Below, one piece after another: positions 60,255 through 64,000 of a stretch of 64,000 nt of DNA. Within the stretch, counting starts at the first letter, position 1. The number at the start of each line of letters is the position of its first letter. The DNA lies in the NCBI GenBank assembly GCA_051294375.1, contig CM119265.1, forward strand, positions 20,120,966 through 20,184,965, given 5' to 3'. The DNA is from Paraspadella gotoi (Eukaryota; Animalia; Chaetognatha). The position numbers were made by a program, and so were the translations under genes. The notes beneath the pieces were generated by a model that was not told the DNA's origin, made no database searches, and saw only the letters and a program-made list of their open reading frames with translations.

Positions 60255-63200
60255 ATGAAATTCAAGTCACGCCTCATTGCGCTTCTCACGTTCTCCATTG
60301 GCTTCAACGTTGCCAGCATTTTATTGTCTTTCCTTCACAGTTACGGCAACGAAGGAAAAAGTAGGTGGCTTACATAGTGCAATAACAAATCATACAGAAA
60401 TTTACAACTTACATATTGTAACATAACTAGTTATGGAGAAAACTTATTTTCTCTCGTTTCATGTCGTTCGCTCCACGATTCTAGTTATTCTGGTTGGGCT
60501 AACTATTACACTATTACACAGTGGGAAACGAGACTACGAAGAAGCTTATTGTCGACGATATCATATCGCTGGACCAAACGGGAGAACGTTCACAGAGATT
60601 AATGAGAGCGATTCAAAATTCGGCCGCGTCCAATGAGCTCGGGAGGGCCACCAGCTCCGGTGAGCAAATAAGGATTTGACGAGACCCAAGTAAACGTGAA
60701 ATTAATTTACTTAAGTTTCGTAGCAGCGACATTTTCTGCACCAGAAACCCTCAGCAAAAGCAAATCTCCAAAATCTACCCTCCGAAAAAGTACAACGACA
60801 ACGAAGTCTTCCACTACTTCAAGTACAACGACAACCACACGGTGGAAGGCACACGGCTACCCTTTCAAAAACGTGCACAGCATGGCCTATCGATCGCTAA
60901 GCATTACTAACAAGAATTCTCCGCTCAAAGTAACGTCTAAACTGTTTATTAACAAAACGCAAATATAACCCACCTCCTTTTCCCCAGGTAATACTGTTCG
61001 ACGTAAACAACTTGATGAACTACACCAGAAAGGCGCTGCCCTCCGTCGCTCATTATCTCTCGCCTTCCGGCGACCATCTCGAAAACCAGACCTTCTTATC
61101 TCAGGTGATTTCTCCCCGCAGCAGCAGCGGCCGCCGTCGCAGGGTGGCGGAAGTTTTTGGCGGACCAGTGTTAGAAACGACTGTGAGAAAGAAAGGGGGA
61201 GATGGGCATTTCGGCGCATTTGCCCTCTACCACCAAAATTCCTCGTCCGCATTTTATGGTCAAAAGAGGTTGGAAATCGAGAGATCCAAGTGGAAAAATA
61301 ACATTCTTCGTTCGAGTGACGACCAAGAAAAAGGAAGAGGAGAGCTAACAGGAATTTCAGCGATATTTTCATTCGTTTTAACAAAAGATTTCCCTTGTTA
61401 TTTCGTTCGTTTTTTTTCTCCTCTATTTTAAATTCAATTAAATTCGAGTTTTCTTAGTTATTTAGAAGCTGGGTGTCAAGTCCACTCTTTCGTCCCTCAA
61501 TTTTTTCCCCCTAATAAAAAAAAAAAAGATCGGTCCCTCCAATGTTGCGCCGCAGTGACTTTCTTTTCACGTGTACACGTGATTATATGACAATGAAATT
61601 TATATATAAGTCTTATGATTGATCACTTTTTTGCAAAGTTTCAACCCGACCCTGCAAGAAATATCCCGCATTTACTTTTTGATTTAGACGCAATTAGTAA
61701 TATCTTACTAGTCTGCCAAGTATTAACTAAAATGACTCGGTATTTCGTATATTTACATATATTTTGGACATGTACTGCATTAGAATTCTATGCTTTTTTA
61801 ACGATGGACAGACATACCGACCGACCCACCGAAAAGTGACTTAGAGTTGCTCCGCGAGTACTCGACAAAGGTTAGGGACCAACTCATTAAAATTTCGACT
61901 ATTAGTTTTTTAGTTTAAGCAATCATTTTCAAAAAAAATTACATTATACGTCTTGATGAATACATTAAATGTTACTTATCTTTTTTCGAATTATAAAAAA
62001 AAATTTTAATTCTAAAAATAATTCTAAAATAATAAAATCATCGAAAGATGATAACAATTTTTTATGGTTTTTCTTATTTTTGACTTATCATAAAAATATT
62101 TAAAAAAGAATTATTCTTTGTGTAGACAACTTTCTATGAGCTAGCTGAATGTGGTCTTAAAATTTAAAAATTTCATATGAATAAATATTAAAAAAAATTA
62201 TTTGGGTATATAACCATATAATAATTTTTTTATCCATTGAAAGTATACTTAAAAATGTATAAATTTTCGTTTTGAGCATTCTAAATTTTTGACTCACCCC
62301 ATTGTGTGGGGCTACCCCTACTGATGTGAATTCGATTCGACGAATGTTCTATTTCTCACACAGAATGACATCATAAAGGCCAAGGTAGCGCCCGCTATTG
62401 TTATCGCAATAGATTACGCAAATTACGATGTCGCCAAGGCAACTATTCGCGACATTCACCAAAAGTTGCTACCTAAAGGATTCCAATTCATTATTTATAA
62501 CACTGGTGAGATAAAAATAAATTGTATATATAATTTAGTTATTGATGTAAAACCTATTTTATCCTTTTTCGTCAGGTATGAGTAGAAGACAGTTGGAACG
62601 ATTGAGAATGTTCTGCCTTTGCTCATTAGAAACACTAGACTTTTCGAGGTAAGCAAAACCGATTTCTACTTCAAATAAATACATAAATCGTATTTTTTAA
62701 ATTGATTTCTCAACAACCGTCTTTCGCTTCAGACTGCCTCTTCATGTGCGAAAGAGTAAAAGCCGCCTTCGTCCACTGATTGTCTGGGATACTCTCTTTC
62801 GATTGCAAAAAAACGGCGTGTGGTGGTTCGAACCCGGTTCACGCATTTCACTCGACGGTGCTCCTCGGCCATCCGTCGCCGATAAGAACGCTTCCACCCA
62901 ACGTTCCGATCCCTGGACCAACTTCCTGTCGCGCGGTCTCAAACTGGGTCTTAATTTCCTGTCAGCGGCCGAACTGCCCTTAAAGGGCGGGGGGAAGCCG
63001 GCTTACCCGCCGGGAGTTCACTCGAAGTGCGTGACCCACCCCAACACGTTCATTGCCATGAACAGACAATATCATATTCACTTCACCTCTTCTCCACCCA
63101 TCGAATTGTCAATGTTTCTTTTGTTTCGCACTGAACTGACCGTAAAGGGTTTTCTGCTGCCCTCGGTCGTCTGCGTTCTCGACGAAAGTTGCGTGGCGCC

Positions 63201-63429
63201 CAACGCCACGACGCCCGCCTGTGATAATAGTCGCGACGGAATGACAAAGACGCTGGCGTCGCCGAGCACCAAGAACTCATGGTGCGGGTGCCACGCCCAC
63301 GAGCGAAGCGTCATGTCCGCCGCTCTTCACCGTTTATATCACTGGAACAAGAATCTCCTTGCGAAGCCCGCCGAATTCGCTTTCTTCGCCATGTCGCCGG
63401 GCGACCTCTCCGGCAAAAACTACTTCTAA
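60255..63429 (+). CDS. Type II membrane protein with S/T-rich stem and DUF1647-like (putative glycosyltransferase-like) domain, 7 exons
   Basis: A signal-anchor exon from 60255 is followed by in-frame GT-AG exons. Motifs PAIVIA..IIYNTG, RPLIV..WWFEP, VTHP, CVLDESCVAP and CHAHERSVM resemble DUF1647 proteins. Confidence 0.7.
61801..61864 (+). repeat. Truncated copy of the HINE-like end seen at 49930-49994
   Basis: GGACAGACATACCGACCGAC...GAGTTGCTCCGCGAGTACTCG is shared with the 49930 copy. Confidence 0.75.
61990..62320 (-). repeat. Dispersed repeat, copy 3 (intronic)
   Basis: Ends GACTCACCCCATTGTGTGGGGCTACCCCTA, with a body similar to 23885-24329. The inner boundary is approximate. Confidence 0.8.
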
Positions 63430-64000
63430 TCTAAGCGCGGCTCGAAAACGAATCTTCCGTCTCTGCGACAAATAATTCATGCCGATCATGTATTAACGAT
63501 TTACGAGAATTCTCCCCAGCTCTCGATCCGCCCATGTTTCCTAATCCTATGACTCGTTTTTCTATCTTGTCTTTCATCACCATTTTTGTTGTTGTCACGC
63601 CATTCGAATTATCGATGCTCCCGAAACATGACGCCAAAACGAATAAATTTCGTTGATTTCTTTTTTTACGGAAACTTATTAAATGTCATCAATATACCAG
63701 AGGTGGACAAAAAGTAAGATTAAGACGGTAGCGCATTTGAATAATACTTGAAGCAGAATTAATGAACAAAAACGCTGTGCACTGAAGCCACCGCACGAAA
63801 CAAGTTAGTGGGCTAAGAATTTTTTATTTCGAGTGATTGGACGCTTATCTCTCAACTAATCACAAAAGCCTGCCAAAGTTAAGCCGGCACCTACTAAATA
63901 AATTCCGAGATTCGGAGAGACAGATTTGCAAAACACAAGGGACGAATTCGTAATGATGTACAGAAATTGCTGTGTCCCAACATCGGATTATTATGACTTT

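Noticed and set aside
1-64000. Prokaryotic operon, defence island or CRISPR interpretation of the same-strand gene run
   Set aside because: The genes are spliceosomal-intron-containing eukaryotic orthologues, and no repeat-spacer array or cas-like ORF was seen.

Overview
This is eukaryotic, animal-like DNA from a very compact genome. It has GT-AG introns of mostly 50-150 bp, GC/CpG-rich exons and AT-rich introns and spacers. From about 0.9 to 59 kb, 23 consecutive protein-coding genes lie on the minus strand: LRSAM1, ANKMY2, two FAM120-like genes, LYRM2, ISCA2, a DNAJB, HGH1, an OATP, eIF3F, a DUF1295 gene, NHP2, HDHD3, MED17, ATP6AP2, a vWA/zinc-finger gene, N4BP2, SDCCAG8, C20orf27, a glutaredoxin last exon, and three paralogues of an unrecognised family. 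Stop-to-start gaps are as short as 47 nt and several start codons follow unpaired 3' splice acceptors, which suggests operons resolved by spliced-leader trans-splicing. The three unknown paralogues share an N-terminal MADS-box-like segment that lacks the basic DNA-binding region, plus a conserved C-terminal domain; a clustered 14-bp motif lies between two of them. The window also holds a small LTR element with non-canonical ends and a nested insertion, a TA-flanked TIR element, Helentron/HINE-like ends, GC-AG introns, an AT-rich domain whose edge falls inside one ORF, and one plus-strand DUF1647-like gene. Gene names come from motifs recognised by eye, not from database searches, and exon coordinates were read manually.
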